Positions 1 to 9,617 are shown, counted from the stretch's first letter. The stretch is 56,449 bases of DNA from Planctomycetota bacterium (GCA_039190745.1 JBCCXZ010000020.1:1-56449); one strand, 5' to 3'. Numbers and translations are program-made. Notes: a model not told the origin generated them from the sequence alone.

Positions 1-2
1 AC

Positions 3-1472
3 ACGGCGCTCAAGAGCGAAGCGCGGGTGGAGAACAACGGCGACTCGACGACGATCACGCACGGGGCGGTGGTGATCGCGGCGATCACGAGTTGCACGAA
101 CACGTCGAACCCGTCGGTGATGGTGGCGGCCGGATTGGTGGCGAAGAAGGCGGTCGAGGCGGGGCTCAAAGTGCCGCCGCACGTAAAGACGAGCCTCGCG
201 CCCGGATCGACGGTGGTGACCGAGTACCTGGAGAAGTCGGGGCTGGACAAAGACCTCGACGCGATCGGCTTCCAGACGGTCGGCTACGGCTGTACGACGT
301 GCATTGGCAACAGCGGCCCGCTGCCGGAGCCGGTGGCAAACGCGATTCAGTCGGGCGACCTGGTCGCATCGGGCGTGCTCTCGGGCAACCGGAACTTCGA
401 GGGGCGGATCAACCCGCACGTGCGGGCGAACTACCTGGCAAGCCCGCCGTTGGTGGTCGCCTACGCCCTGGCGGGCACCACCGACCTCGACCTCACGACC
501 GAGCCGCTCGGCGAGGGCAAGGACGGGCCGGTGTACCTGAAGGACATCTGGCCGACGCACGAGGAGGTAGCCTCGGTCGTCGAGGCGTGCGTGCTGCCTG
601 AGATGTTCCGCGAGCAGTACGACAACGTTTGGCAGAAGAACGAGAAGTGGAACGCGATCGAGCTGACCGGCGGCGACCTGTACGAGTGGTCGGAGGACAG
701 CACGTACATCCAGGAGCCGCCGTTCCTGGTGGGGCTGGGCCCGGAGCCGGACCCGATCACGCCGATCACCGGCGCCCGCTGCATGGCGCTCTTGGGCGAC
801 TCGACGACGACCGACCATATCTCCCCCGCGGGGGCGATTGCGTCGGACAGCCCGGCGGGCAAGTACCTCCGGGAGAGGGGCGTCGAGCCGCGAGACTTCA
901 ACAGCTACGGCAGCCGCCGGGGCAACGACCGCGTGATGACGCGGGGGACGTTCGCCAACATCCGCATCCGCAACCAGCTGGCCCCCGGCACCGAGGGCGG
1001 CGTGACGCGTCACCTGCCCGATGGCGAGGTGATGCCGATCTACGACGCGGCGATGAAGTACAAGGCGGACGGCGTGCCGCTGGTGGTGCTGGCCGGCGCC
1101 GAGTACGGCACGGGCAGCAGCCGCGACTGGGCGGCCAAGGGGACGTTCCTCTTGGGCGTGCGGGCGGTGATCGCTGCGAGTTACGAGCGGATCCACCGCA
1201 GCAACCTGGTGATGATGGGCGTGCTGCCCTTGCAGTTCGCCGACGGGGTGACGTGGCAGTCGCTGGGGCTCACCGGCGAAGAGGTGTTCGACGTGCCCGA
1301 CCTGGGCGACGATCTGCAGCCCCGGCAGACGCTCAAAGTAGTGGCGAAGGGCACCGCGGGCGAAGTGGAGTTCGACGCTACTGTGAGGATTGATACTCCG
1401 GTGGAGCTGGACTATTACCGCAACGGGGGGATCCTGCACACGGTGTTGCGAAAGTTGTTGCAGGAGGGTTGA
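3..1472 (+). CDS. acnA: Aconitate hydratase AcnA, C-terminal part (starts upstream of the window)
   Basis: Motifs [40 protein letters not shown] and [10 protein letters not shown]. Frame is open from the window start. Confidence 0.97.
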   Translation, partial: TALKSEARVENNGDSTTITHGAVVIAAITSCTNTSNPSVMVAAGLVAKKAVEAGLKVPPHVKTSLAPGSTVVTEYLEKSGLDKDLDAIGFQTVGYGCTTCIGNSGPLPEPVANAIQSGDLVASGVLSGNRNFEGRINPHVRANYLASPPLVVAYALAGTTDLDLTTEPLGEGKDGPVYLKDIWPTHEEVASVVEACVLPEMFREQYDNVWQKNEKWNAIELTGGDLYEWSEDSTYIQEPPFLVGLGPEPDPITPITGARCMALLGDSTTTDHISPAGAIASDSPAGKYLRERGVEPRDFNSYGSRRGNDRVMTRGTFANIRIRNQLAPGTEGGVTRHLPDGEVMPIYDAAMKYKADGVPLVVLAGAEYGTGSSRDWAAKGTFLLGVRAVIAASYERIHRSNLVMMGVLPLQFADGVTWQSLGLTGEEVFDVPDLGDDLQPRQTLKVVAKGTAGEVEFDATVRIDTPVELDYYRNGGILHTVLRKLLQEG

Positions 1473-1494
1473 GTCGCTGTTACGGCCCGGGCGG

Positions 1495-1500
1495 TATAAT
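1495..1500 (+). promoter_or_regulatory. Putative sigma70 -10 box for the first TA module
   Basis: Perfect TATAAT 27 nt before ATG 1528; AGGAG Shine-Dalgarno at 1517-1521. Confidence 0.55.
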
Positions 1501-1527
1501 GGGAGAGTGGCCTTCCAGGAGTATCGA

Positions 1528-1746
1528 ATGAGTTTGGACAGTACGACCTTTCTTAGCCGAGACCCCAATGTGCTGGGCGGCGCGGCGGTGTTCGCCGGCA
1601 CACGCGTGCCCGTCGAATCTTTGTTGGCCCACTTGCGAGCGGGCGACGACCTGGAAGCGTTCCTGTCGGACTTTCCCACGGTGACCCGCGATCAGGCAGT
1701 AGCGGCGCTCAACCTCGCCGCGGAGCTGCTTTCCCAGCCCGACTGA
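1528..1746 (+). CDS. DUF433-family antitoxin
   Basis: RDPNVLGGAAVFAGTRVPVESLL...DFPTVTRDQAVAAL signature; directly upstream of a PIN-like toxin gene. Confidence 0.9.
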   Translation: MSLDSTTFLSRDPNVLGGAAVFAGTRVPVESLLAHLRAGDDLEAFLSDFPTVTRDQAVAALNLAAELLSQPD

Positions 1747-1747
1747 G

Positions 1748-2086
1748 ATGAAGATCCTCCTCGACGAAAACCTGCCGCGTCGTCTGAAGGATCATCTCAC
1801 CGGCTGCGGCGAGGTCTCTACGGTTCCCGAATGTGGTTGGAGCGGGAAGCAGAACGGTGAGTTGCTCCGGTTGGCGAGCCAAGCTTTCGAAGTGTTCGTC
1901 ACCATGGACCAAGGGCTTTCGTTCCAACAGAATCTCTCAGGCTACGACATCGCTGTCGTCGTACTAGCGGCCGAGAGCAACCGTCTGGAATCGCTTCTGC
2001 CGTTGGTTCCGCAGATTGAGAAAGCATCGGCTTTTGCCTCAACAGGAGAGGTCGTGCGGGTGACGGCGTCGCGTGGCGATTCTTGA
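1748..2086 (+). CDS. DUF5615-family PIN-like toxin
   Basis: MKILLDENLP start and FVTMDQGL motif; 1 nt gap after the DUF433 gene. Confidence 0.9.
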   Translation: MKILLDENLPRRLKDHLTGCGEVSTVPECGWSGKQNGELLRLASQAFEVFVTMDQGLSFQQNLSGYDIAVVVLAAESNRLESLLPLVPQIEKASAFASTGEVVRVTASRGDS

Positions 2087-2152
2087 TTTCTGTGAACCGC
2101 TCCGCCACTAGTGCCTGTGCTTTGATTGGCATACCTTCCGGATCAGACAGAG

Positions 2153-2197
2153 CCCATGCCTTTCAACTTCTTCCGCAACCGCCGGCGGCGTTGGTTG
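2153..2197 (+). repeat. Direct-repeat copy of the 5' end of the MtfA-like gene (second copy 2847-2894)
   Basis: cccATGcctttcaacttcttccgcaaccgccggcggcgttggttg versus cccATGcccttcaacttcttccgcaaccgccgtcggcggcgttggttg: one substitution and one codon indel. Confidence 0.9.
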
Positions 2198-2251
2198 TAC
2201 CCGGCTGTCCAGAGCACGTTCGATAGGTTTTCGGCGGCTGCGGCTTCGGGC

Positions 2252-2257
2252 TATAAT
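2252..2257 (+). promoter_or_regulatory. Putative sigma70 -10 box for the second TA module
   Basis: Perfect TATAAT about 30 nt before ATG 2287. Confidence 0.5.
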
Positions 2258-2286
2258 TAGGGATGACACCCAACCGAGGCAGCTTC

Positions 2287-2493
2287 ATGTCAGATACAGC
2301 GTCCCAACTGCTGGCGACTTTTGATTCTTTGCCGCCACAGGAGCAGCACGAGCTGGTAGCGGCGATGCTGCGCCGCACCGGCGGCCTCCCGGGCACCCTT
2401 TTGCCGGATGACGCTCTCGTCGATCTGGCCGACAGCCTATTCCAGACGCTAGACACGGAAGAAGCGGATGGCAGCAACTCCGAAGCGGGGTGA
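2287..2493 (+). CDS. Putative antitoxin of the MazF/PemK module
   Basis: Small acidic protein (MSDTASQLLATFDSLPPQEQHEL...) overlapping the start of the toxin gene. Confidence 0.75.
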   Translation: MSDTASQLLATFDSLPPQEQHELVAAMLRRTGGLPGTLLPDDALVDLADSLFQTLDTEEADGSNSEAG

Positions 2494-2815
2494 GGTGTGG
2501 CTGGTAGACCTGGGGATGGTCGCTAAGGTCCGGCCGTGTCTTGTGCTGAGCGTGCCGGCCGACGACGAGAACGATCGCGTTCTGGTTACGTTGGCGCCAC
2601 ACACGACTTCTGTTCGTGACTCCCGGTTCGAAGTGAGGTCCGATGTTCGGTTCCTCAAGCCTGGCGCGTTTGACGCCCAAAACTTGGTTACCATCCCTGC
2701 TGTGAAACTAATCCGAGTTCTTGGGGCTTTGCCGGCGGATCAATTGGCAAGCGTCGAGGCGGCGGTCAAGCGTTGGTTGGGGTTTGATAGCGATCCGAAA
2801 GGACCCCAGAACTAA
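2468..2815 (+). CDS. PemK/MazF-family endoribonuclease toxin
   Basis: PKRGEVWLVDLG...KVRPCLVLS...VTLAPHTT pattern. Confidence 0.92.
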   Translation: MAATPKRGEVWLVDLGMVAKVRPCLVLSVPADDENDRVLVTLAPHTTSVRDSRFEVRSDVRFLKPGAFDAQNLVTIPAVKLIRVLGALPADQLASVEAAVKRWLGFDSDPKGPQN

Positions 2816-2849
2816 TCCATGCGTGCGGCAGCTCGACTGCCTTCACCCC

Positions 2850-3644
2850 ATGCCCTTCAACTTCTTCCGCAACCGCCGTCGGCGGCGTTGGTTGGCTGAG
2901 CCGTTCCCGACGGAGTGGGCCGGCTGGCTCGAAGACGGGGTGTGGCACTACCGGTATCTCACCGACGCGTTGCGCGACCGGCTGCACGACGTTGTGACGG
3001 TGCTGGTGCACGAGAAAGAGTGGACCGGCGGGCGCGACTACGAAGTGACGCCCCGGATGCGGGTGGTGATCGCCGGGCAGGCGGCGCTGCTGACCGCGGG
3101 GTTCAGCGAGCCTTACTACTTCGACCGGCTGAACACGGTGATCGTCAACCCGGGGCCGTACCAGCCGCGCTCCAGCAAGCTGGCCGAGCGGCTGGGCGGC
3201 GACGACGACCCGTTTGACGGCGACGACCGCGAGGGGGAGTCGTGGCAGGGCGGGCCGGTGAAGCTCTCGTGGAGCGTGGTGGAAGCGGAGGGTCACGACC
3301 CGGACTTCACGAGCAACCTGGTGATGCACGAGTTCGCCCACCACCTGGACGGCGTGGACGGCGACACCACGGGGCTGCCGCCGATCAACGACCCGCGTTT
3401 CGAGGAGCACTTCCGACGCGTGACCGAACAGGAGTTCCGCCGCTTGCAGCGGCGGGCGCACCGGGGCCAGCCGACGCTGCTGGACGACTACGGCGCGTCG
3501 CACCAGGCGGAGTTCTTTGCGGTCTCCACCGAGTGCTTCTTCAACAGCCCGCACGATCTGGCGATCGAGCACCCGGAGCTGCACGGGGTTTTGTGCCGGC
3601 TGTACGGGCAGGACCCGCGGGAATGGCTGCCGGTCGACCCCTAG
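2850..3644 (+). CDS. Zinc-dependent peptidase, MtfA/M90 family
   Basis: NLVMHEFAHHLD, YGASHQAEFFAVSTECFF and GESWQGGPVKLSW motifs. Confidence 0.9.
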   Translation: MPFNFFRNRRRRRWLAEPFPTEWAGWLEDGVWHYRYLTDALRDRLHDVVTVLVHEKEWTGGRDYEVTPRMRVVIAGQAALLTAGFSEPYYFDRLNTVIVNPGPYQPRSSKLAERLGGDDDPFDGDDREGESWQGGPVKLSWSVVEAEGHDPDFTSNLVMHEFAHHLDGVDGDTTGLPPINDPRFEEHFRRVTEQEFRRLQRRAHRGQPTLLDDYGASHQAEFFAVSTECFFNSPHDLAIEHPELHGVLCRLYGQDPREWLPVDP

Positions 3645-3792
3645 CGCGATTCGGCTGACCCTAACATCCGGCTGCGGCTTGCGCAGGCCTTCCTCGCTCT
3701 TGCGTGAGACCCTTTGGCGCAGCGCAAATCCGAGAGCAGAATGCAGGCTTTGCGTTCCCCCCTTGCCGCACGCTTACGATCGGGCCACCGCC

Positions 3793-5130
3793 ATGCTCCA
3801 GGTCAACACCGAAGCGATCACCGCCGCCAACGTCCACGACTCGCTGAAGCGCCACCTGCTGGTGGACGGCATGCCGATGGTGCTCGACACGCGCGAGAGC
3901 CGGGGCGCGTACCTGGTTGACGAGACGACCGGCAAAAAACACATCGACTTCTTCACGTTCTACGCCTCGAACCCGCTGGGGATGAACCACCCGCGGCTGG
4001 CGGACGACGGCGAGTTCCACGGCCGGCTCTTGGACGCGGCGATCAATAAGGTGGCGAACCCCGACGTCTACACGGTGCACAAGGCGCGGTTTGTCGACAC
4101 GTTCAGCCGGGTCGGCATCCCGGCGCACCTGCCGTACACGTTTTTCATCTCCGGCGGCGCCCTGGCGGTGGAGAATGCGTTGAAGGTGGCCTTCGACTGG
4201 AAGGCCCGCAAGAACATGCTCAAGGGGCTCGACGGCGAGCGGAACCTGCAGGCGATGCACCTGCGGCAGGCCTTCCACGGCCGGTCGGGTTACACGCTCT
4301 CGATCACGAACACCGAACCGATGAAGGTGGCGTACTTCCCGAAGTTCGATTGGCCGCGGATCCTCAATCCGAAGTGCAACAAGCCGTCGACCCCTGAGAA
4401 CCTGGCTGAGGTCGAGAAGGCCGAAGAAGAGTCGCTGGCCCAGGCGAAGCAGTACTTCGCCGAGCGGCCGGACGACATCGCTTGCGTGATCGCCGAGCCG
4501 ATTCAAGGCGAGGGGGGCGACAACCACTTCCGGCCGGAGTACCTGCAGCGGCTCAAAGACCTAGCGCACGAGAACGACGCCTTGCTGGTGTTCGACGAGG
4601 TGCAGACGGGCGTGGGCCTCACGGGCTCGTTCTGGGCCCACCAGCAGCTTGGCGTGACCCCCGACGTGATGGCTTTCGGCAAGAAGACACAGGTGTGCGG
4701 CGTTCTCGCCGGCGGGCGGCTGGACGAGATCGACGACCACGTGTTCAAGGTCTCTAGCAGGATCAGCTCGACCTGGGGCGGGCACCTAGCCGATATGGTG
4801 CGATTTGAGCGGATTTTGGAAGTGATTGAAGAGGAGAACCTGGTGCAGCACGCCGCGGACACCGGGGTGTATCTGCTCGAGCAGATCAGAGGGCTCGCGG
4901 AGAACCTGCCGATCGTTGCCAACCCGCGGGGCCGGGGTCTCTTCTGCGCGTTCGACCTCCCCAGCCGGGAGGTGCGTGACCGCGTGACCGGCAAGTGCTA
5001 CGACCGCGGCTTGGCGATCCTGGGCTGCGGTCCGGAGTCGATCCGCTTCCGCCCGCCTCTGACGATCACCCGTGAGGTGCTCGACGAGGGGCTGGCGATT
5101 CTCACCCAGGCGCTGGAAGAAGAAGCCTAG
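3793..5130 (+). CDS. lat: L-lysine 6-transaminase (class III PLP aminotransferase)
   Basis: GGALAVENALKVAFDWK, FHGRSGYTLS, EPIQGEGGD, FDEVQTG, AFGKKTQVCG and SSTWGG motifs. Confidence 0.88.
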   Translation: MLQVNTEAITAANVHDSLKRHLLVDGMPMVLDTRESRGAYLVDETTGKKHIDFFTFYASNPLGMNHPRLADDGEFHGRLLDAAINKVANPDVYTVHKARFVDTFSRVGIPAHLPYTFFISGGALAVENALKVAFDWKARKNMLKGLDGERNLQAMHLRQAFHGRSGYTLSITNTEPMKVAYFPKFDWPRILNPKCNKPSTPENLAEVEKAEEESLAQAKQYFAERPDDIACVIAEPIQGEGGDNHFRPEYLQRLKDLAHENDALLVFDEVQTGVGLTGSFWAHQQLGVTPDVMAFGKKTQVCGVLAGGRLDEIDDHVFKVSSRISSTWGGHLADMVRFERILEVIEEENLVQHAADTGVYLLEQIRGLAENLPIVANPRGRGLFCAFDLPSREVRDRVTGKCYDRGLAILGCGPESIRFRPPLTITREVLDEGLAILTQALEEEA

Positions 5131-5218
5131 TGCGAGTCGCACATACGTGTAGCGTCTCCGGCGGCGTGTTTGCCGGTCGTTCTGACGAAAAAGCCGCTAC
5201 GCTTCGGTGACGTGCGCT

Positions 5219-6163
5219 CTAGTCTTTCCTCAACCGATCGGCGATGAACGTGTCGATTACCAACTGCAGGATGTGGTGCGTGAGCACCGGCAGGATGGTG
5301 AGGCCGCCGTACTCGAGCGACAGGGCCAGCGCCACGGTGAGCGTCTTCTGGGCGCCGGCGAAGCCGACTGCGATCTGCTCTTCACGCGGCATTCCGAACC
5401 AAGCGGCGGCGCGGTAGCTGCCCCGCCACGCGGCGAGGTGGACCGCGGAGATGCAAGCGATCATCCACGGGATCTGCCAGGTGAGCGCCGCCAAGCCGTC
5501 GCCGAGCGACCGGAGCGTGGCGCCGCAGTAGACCGAGCCAACGAAGGCGATCACCAAGACACCCGTCTGACCGATGGCGCTGACCAGGGCGCCGCTGCGG
5601 CTGGCCCAGTGGCGTACCGGGGGCAGGAGCCGCAGCAGCTGACCTGCGACGAGCGGGCAGACAATGAGCACCAGCAGCTTTTGGGCCGTCTCGACAAACG
5701 AGAGCCCCTCGGCGGTGCGGCCCGAGAGCAGCCACATGAGCGCTGGGGTGCCGAGGAAGCAACCGAGGTTGGTGATGATGGTGACCATGATGGCCGTGGC
5801 GGGGTTGCCTCCGGCGAGCCGGGTCCAGACGGCGGCCGAAGCCAGCGTGCAGGGCGCGGCAACGGCGACGAACAACCCGAGGCGGAACTCCGACGGAAGC
5901 AGGAAGGCCCCCGCCCAGGCGACGGCGGGCAGCAGCGCGTAGTTGGCGGCGGTGGCAAGAAGCGTCGGCCCGGGGCTGCGGAGTGTTCCGACAAAGGCTC
6001 CGATGTGCAGGGGGAGCGAGGTCGCCAGGAGCACCGCGGCGATCATCGATTTCTGCGGAACGCGGTTGGCCAGCGGGGCGAGCGTCTCCGGCGCAGTAAT
6101 GCCGCCGCACAAGATGGCCAGCAGCGCGATCATGAACCAACGCCGGCGGAGGAAGTCGCGCAT
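5219..6163 (-). CDS. Bile acid:sodium symporter family transporter
   Basis: Multi-TM protein with PCTLASAAVWTRLAGGN and FAGAQKTL motifs. Confidence 0.85.
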   Translation of the reverse strand: MRDFLRRRWFMIALLAILCGGITAPETLAPLANRVPQKSMIAAVLLATSLPLHIGAFVGTLRSPGPTLLATAANYALLPAVAWAGAFLLPSEFRLGLFVAVAAPCTLASAAVWTRLAGGNPATAIMVTIITNLGCFLGTPALMWLLSGRTAEGLSFVETAQKLLVLIVCPLVAGQLLRLLPPVRHWASRSGALVSAIGQTGVLVIAFVGSVYCGATLRSLGDGLAALTWQIPWMIACISAVHLAAWRGSYRAAAWFGMPREEQIAVGFAGAQKTLTVALALSLEYGGLTILPVLTHHILQLVIDTFIADRLRKD

Positions 6164-6166
6164 TGG

Positions 6167-8311
6167 CTACTCGGCCGCCGCGGGCTCGGTGTTCGCTGCC
6201 TGGTCGGGTTCTTTCCCGAGCGGTTCGTCCTCGGGCGGCTCTTCCGCGGAACCGGTTTCGCTCTCCAGCGCCTCGGAAGACTCGGCGTTTGGCTCGTTCG
6301 CTGCCGGTGGTTCCAACGGTCCCGCGATCTGACGGGCTCGGACGAGGTTGCCCTGGCGCTGCGGCGACTGGTCGGTGCGTAGCAGGGCGGCGGCTTCTTC
6401 GGGCTTCCCGAGGGCTTCGAGGCAGCGGGAGCGGTTGTAGAGTTGGCCGCCGGCCCAGGGTTCGCTGCCCTTGATAGGGCCCGCGACGCGGTCGAGCCAG
6501 TTGAGCGCCACCTCCGGCATGCCGAGGTCGAAACGCAACAAGGCCTGCCAGTACGCCGCGTCGGACTTTGCGGTGCGGTAGATGATCTGTTTCGTAGGGT
6601 CTAGCTGACGCAGCAGCCGCTCCTGCGGTCGGATACGCGGGTCGGTGTAGAGCTTGGAAGCCTGTTGGTGGCCGCGGCGGGGTTCGGCGAGCGGGTCGTT
6701 CCGCTGGGAGGGCGGAACGTCTTTGGTGCCCTGGAAGTGCAGCACGCGGGCCTTCCAGAGCCGCGGCCGTTGGCCGAAGACAAGGAACCGCGCCCCCGCG
6801 AGTTGCCGTTGGCGATCCGACATCGTGAGGTCGGCGGCGATGTTCACGAGCGTTCCCGGCCAGAGCTTGGGCTCCAGCTCGACGCCGGCTTCTTGGAGCC
6901 GCAGGTTGATGCCGTCGACGTCGGCCGACAGCACCACGGCTTGCTGACCCTTAAGGAAGGCCTCGATGCGGGCGGCCCTTTTCGAGAGTTGCAGCGGCGT
7001 GGCGGGCAGCCAGGCCTGAAGTCTGTTGAGCGTTTCGGCGTTGAGCGGGTACGGTTGTTCCTCGGTGTCGAGCTGGCGCAGGAGCTCGGGGTTGTCGCGG
7101 ACCTCGGCGAGGGTCGCGACGCTGCCTAGCTGATCCCCGGGCACGGGAAGCCCGTAGCGAGGGTCGAAGAGCAGCAGCCCGCGTTCGGCCAGCACGCCGA
7201 CCAGCAGGAGGTTGTCGGCTCCGGTGAGGATCACGGCGTCGAGCTGCTGTTGGCGGCACAGTTCGACGAAGACCAGCCCTCGCATCGCGGCGGTTGCCTG
7301 GCCGTAGATCAGGGTTTGCCAGAGGCGGTAGGCGAAGCCGGGGGCGTCGTCGGAGTAGAGCTGGACGTTGCGGATGGTCCAGTCGAAGAGCTCGGCGGCG
7401 TTGCCGGCGCCGTCGAGGCCGTCGCCGCGTGCCCAGTCGGAGATGTCGCGGGCCCAGACGTAGGACTGTATCTCGCGGGCTTCGCCGATAGTGAAGCGGC
7501 CGTTGGCGAGCGCTTCTTCCGAGACGGCCGCGGCGATGGGGCCCGCGGCCAGGATGGGGCCGGGGAGCCCGGCCAGCAGCGGCGTCCGCGACCACTCGGG
7601 CGCGTTGTCCGCGGCGTTCCGGAGCCACTGGTTCATCCGCTCAACGAGCTGCTGCAGCTCGCGTTCGTCGGGGGTGGGCTCCCAGTTGGTCATCGGATCG
7701 CCCTGCGTGATGTAGCGGCTCAGCCGGCTGAAGATCTCGTTGAGCCGCCGATCGCTGTAGCGCCACACCTCGATGCGTTGCGGCACGGTCATCGGGAAAT
7801 TGAGGCCGCCCTCGATGACCGCGGCGCGATCGGGGTTCCGCGTCGAGAGCCTGCGGACCCGCAGCTCGAGGTGCGTCCGCTGCTCGATCCCACGCTCGAG
7901 GCTCTCTTGGTCGAGGCTGGCGTAGTAGCGGAGCACGTCTCCGGGGCGGACGCCCACGCGGCGGAGGTCGACGTTGTTGGAAGTGAAGGTGATGAGGTTG
8001 ACCGGCCCGTCCGGCACTTCCGGGTTGACCGTGGCAACGGCCAGCGCCTCTTGCTTGTCGCTGGTGCTGCCGGAGTCGAGCAGCTTCGTCGGCGGCGTGA
8101 GGTCGATGTCGACCGCGTCGGGGAGGTTGTTCAGCGAGTCGGCGATGTTCCGCTGCAGGACCATCGAGGGGTCGCGCTGCCTTCTAGAAGCGGAGCTGCT
8201 CGCGGGTTGTGACTTCTGCGTCCCTGGGCAACCCGTGACCAACAGCACGAGTGCGAGCGGCAGGAGGAGCGTGCCGGCGGGCGGGCCGGGGCGTAGCGGT
8301 GAGCGGGGCAC
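6167..8311 (-). CDS. Hypothetical lipoprotein with a transglutaminase-like central region and C-terminal TPR-like helices
   Basis: Lipobox-like LLVTGC; ELFDWTIRNVQL...VFVELCRQ segment; YNRSRCLEALGK; acidic tail. Confidence 0.7.
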   Translation of the reverse strand: MPRSPLRPGPPAGTLLLPLALVLLVTGCPGTQKSQPASSSASRRQRDPSMVLQRNIADSLNNLPDAVDIDLTPPTKLLDSGSTSDKQEALAVATVNPEVPDGPVNLITFTSNNVDLRRVGVRPGDVLRYYASLDQESLERGIEQRTHLELRVRRLSTRNPDRAAVIEGGLNFPMTVPQRIEVWRYSDRRLNEIFSRLSRYITQGDPMTNWEPTPDERELQQLVERMNQWLRNAADNAPEWSRTPLLAGLPGPILAAGPIAAAVSEEALANGRFTIGEAREIQSYVWARDISDWARGDGLDGAGNAAELFDWTIRNVQLYSDDAPGFAYRLWQTLIYGQATAAMRGLVFVELCRQQQLDAVILTGADNLLLVGVLAERGLLLFDPRYGLPVPGDQLGSVATLAEVRDNPELLRQLDTEEQPYPLNAETLNRLQAWLPATPLQLSKRAARIEAFLKGQQAVVLSADVDGINLRLQEAGVELEPKLWPGTLVNIAADLTMSDRQRQLAGARFLVFGQRPRLWKARVLHFQGTKDVPPSQRNDPLAEPRRGHQQASKLYTDPRIRPQERLLRQLDPTKQIIYRTAKSDAAYWQALLRFDLGMPEVALNWLDRVAGPIKGSEPWAGGQLYNRSRCLEALGKPEEAAALLRTDQSPQRQGNLVRARQIAGPLEPPAANEPNAESSEALESETGSAEEPPEDEPLGKEPDQAANTEPAAAE

Positions 8312-8339
8312 AGGCGTCTGCGAAAAGTGGTTTAGGCGA

Positions 8340-9173
8340 TCAGGTGGAAACAGGTTCGGAAACGGCCCGTCGGATCGCCGTCAGGCGGGTCATCAGCGGC
8401 TCGATGTCTGCGAGTGCGATCATGTTGGCGCCGTCGCTGGGCGAGCGGTCTGGCTCGGGGTGGGTTTCGCAGAACAGCCCCTCGGCTCCGATGGCGACCG
8501 CGGCGCGGGCGAGCGGCTCGACCATCTCGCGGTTGCCGCCGGTGGCGCCGCCCAGGCCGCCGGGCTCCTGCACGCTGTGGGTGGCGTCGAACACCACGGG
8601 GGCGCCGAGGGATTGCATCTGCGGGATCGAACGCATGTCGTTCACGAGCCGGCCGTAGCCGAAGAAGGTGCCGCGTTCGCAGAGCAGCGCGTCGCTGCAG
8701 CCGGAGGCCTCGAGCTTCGCGAGGGCGTGCGCCATGTCGCCGGGGGCCATGAACTGGCCCTTCTTGACGTTCACGGCGCGGCCCGTCTGGGCGGCCGCGA
8801 CCAGCAGGTCGGTCTGTCGGGCGAGGAACGCGGGGATTTGCAGCAGTGCGCAGACTTCCCCGGCGGCGGCGGCCTGGGAGGGCTCGTGGATGTCGGTCGT
8901 GACCGGCAGGCCGGTCGCGTCGGAGACCACCTTGAGGATGCGGAGTCCCTCCGACAGCCCGGGGCCGCGGTAGGAGCCGATGCTGGTGCGGTTCGCTTTG
9001 TCGAACGAGGCCTTGAACACTAGCTGGACAGAGACCGCTTCGGCCACGCGGGCCAGTTCCTCGGCGATCTCGAGGGCCCCGGCTTCGTCTTCCAGCACGC
9101 AGGGGCCGGCGATCCAGAGCAGCGGCTCGTCGCGGCCGCAGAGGTAGTCGCCGATCCTGGCTGGGTAGTTCAT
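8340..9173 (-). CDS. kdsA: 3-deoxy-8-phosphooctulonate synthase
   Basis: [38 protein letters not shown] and FDATHSVQ motifs. Confidence 0.97.
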   Translation of the reverse strand: MNYPARIGDYLCGRDEPLLWIAGPCVLEDEAGALEIAEELARVAEAVSVQLVFKASFDKANRTSIGSYRGPGLSEGLRILKVVSDATGLPVTTDIHEPSQAAAAGEVCALLQIPAFLARQTDLLVAAAQTGRAVNVKKGQFMAPGDMAHALAKLEASGCSDALLCERGTFFGYGRLVNDMRSIPQMQSLGAPVVFDATHSVQEPGGLGGATGGNREMVEPLARAAVAIGAEGLFCETHPEPDRSPSDGANMIALADIEPLMTRLTAIRRAVSEPVST

Positions 9174-9356
9174 AAGTCAAAGGCTCATTCTGAGCCGGCG
9201 GAGAGGGCTTGGCCCACGGTGATTCCTGAGGCGGGCGAAGCAAGCACAGCAATATATACGCACGGATCAGTACGAACTACGCGGCTCGTGGGTTTCCGTT
9301 GGCTCCGCTTTGCGGATCGAGGCAACAGAATGAGCCTCCGATGGCTACGGGACGCT

Positions 9357-9369
9357 TCTCATTTTGAGA
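9357..9369. promoter_or_regulatory. Palindrome, possible enhancer (bEBP binding site)
   Basis: TCTCA-TTT-TGAGA about 235 bp upstream of the sigma54-like site; a similar half site TGTCTCA lies near 9524. Confidence 0.35.
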
Positions 9370-9601
9370 TGTTCGGAAGCGTCTTTCACCGTCGAGGCCC
9401 GGCTGCGGGGCGGAGTGGAGCACATCAAGGCACAGGCGGATTGAGATAATGCGTCGCAATGATGCGTTTCGGCTGCGGCTGGGCTTGCTCAAAGCCCTGG
9501 GAAGGCACGGTAATCGGCCGGTCTGTCTCACTCTAAATGTTTATCTGGAAAGGTTTTACGAGAAACGATCGGCATGCAAACCGGAGAGCTGGGTCCAGAA
9601 C

Positions 9602-9617
9602 TGGCACGGCAGATGCA
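9602..9617 (+). promoter_or_regulatory. sigma54 (-24/-12) promoter
   Basis: TGGCACG-GCAG-ATGCA versus consensus TGGCACG-N4-TTGCW: one mismatch, exact spacing, intergenic position. Confidence 0.7.

Noticed and set aside
5130..5200. GTAGCG...CGCTAC palindromic segment (REP-like)
   Set aside because: Short stems and only one copy seen. It is adequately explained as a terminator region between convergent genes.
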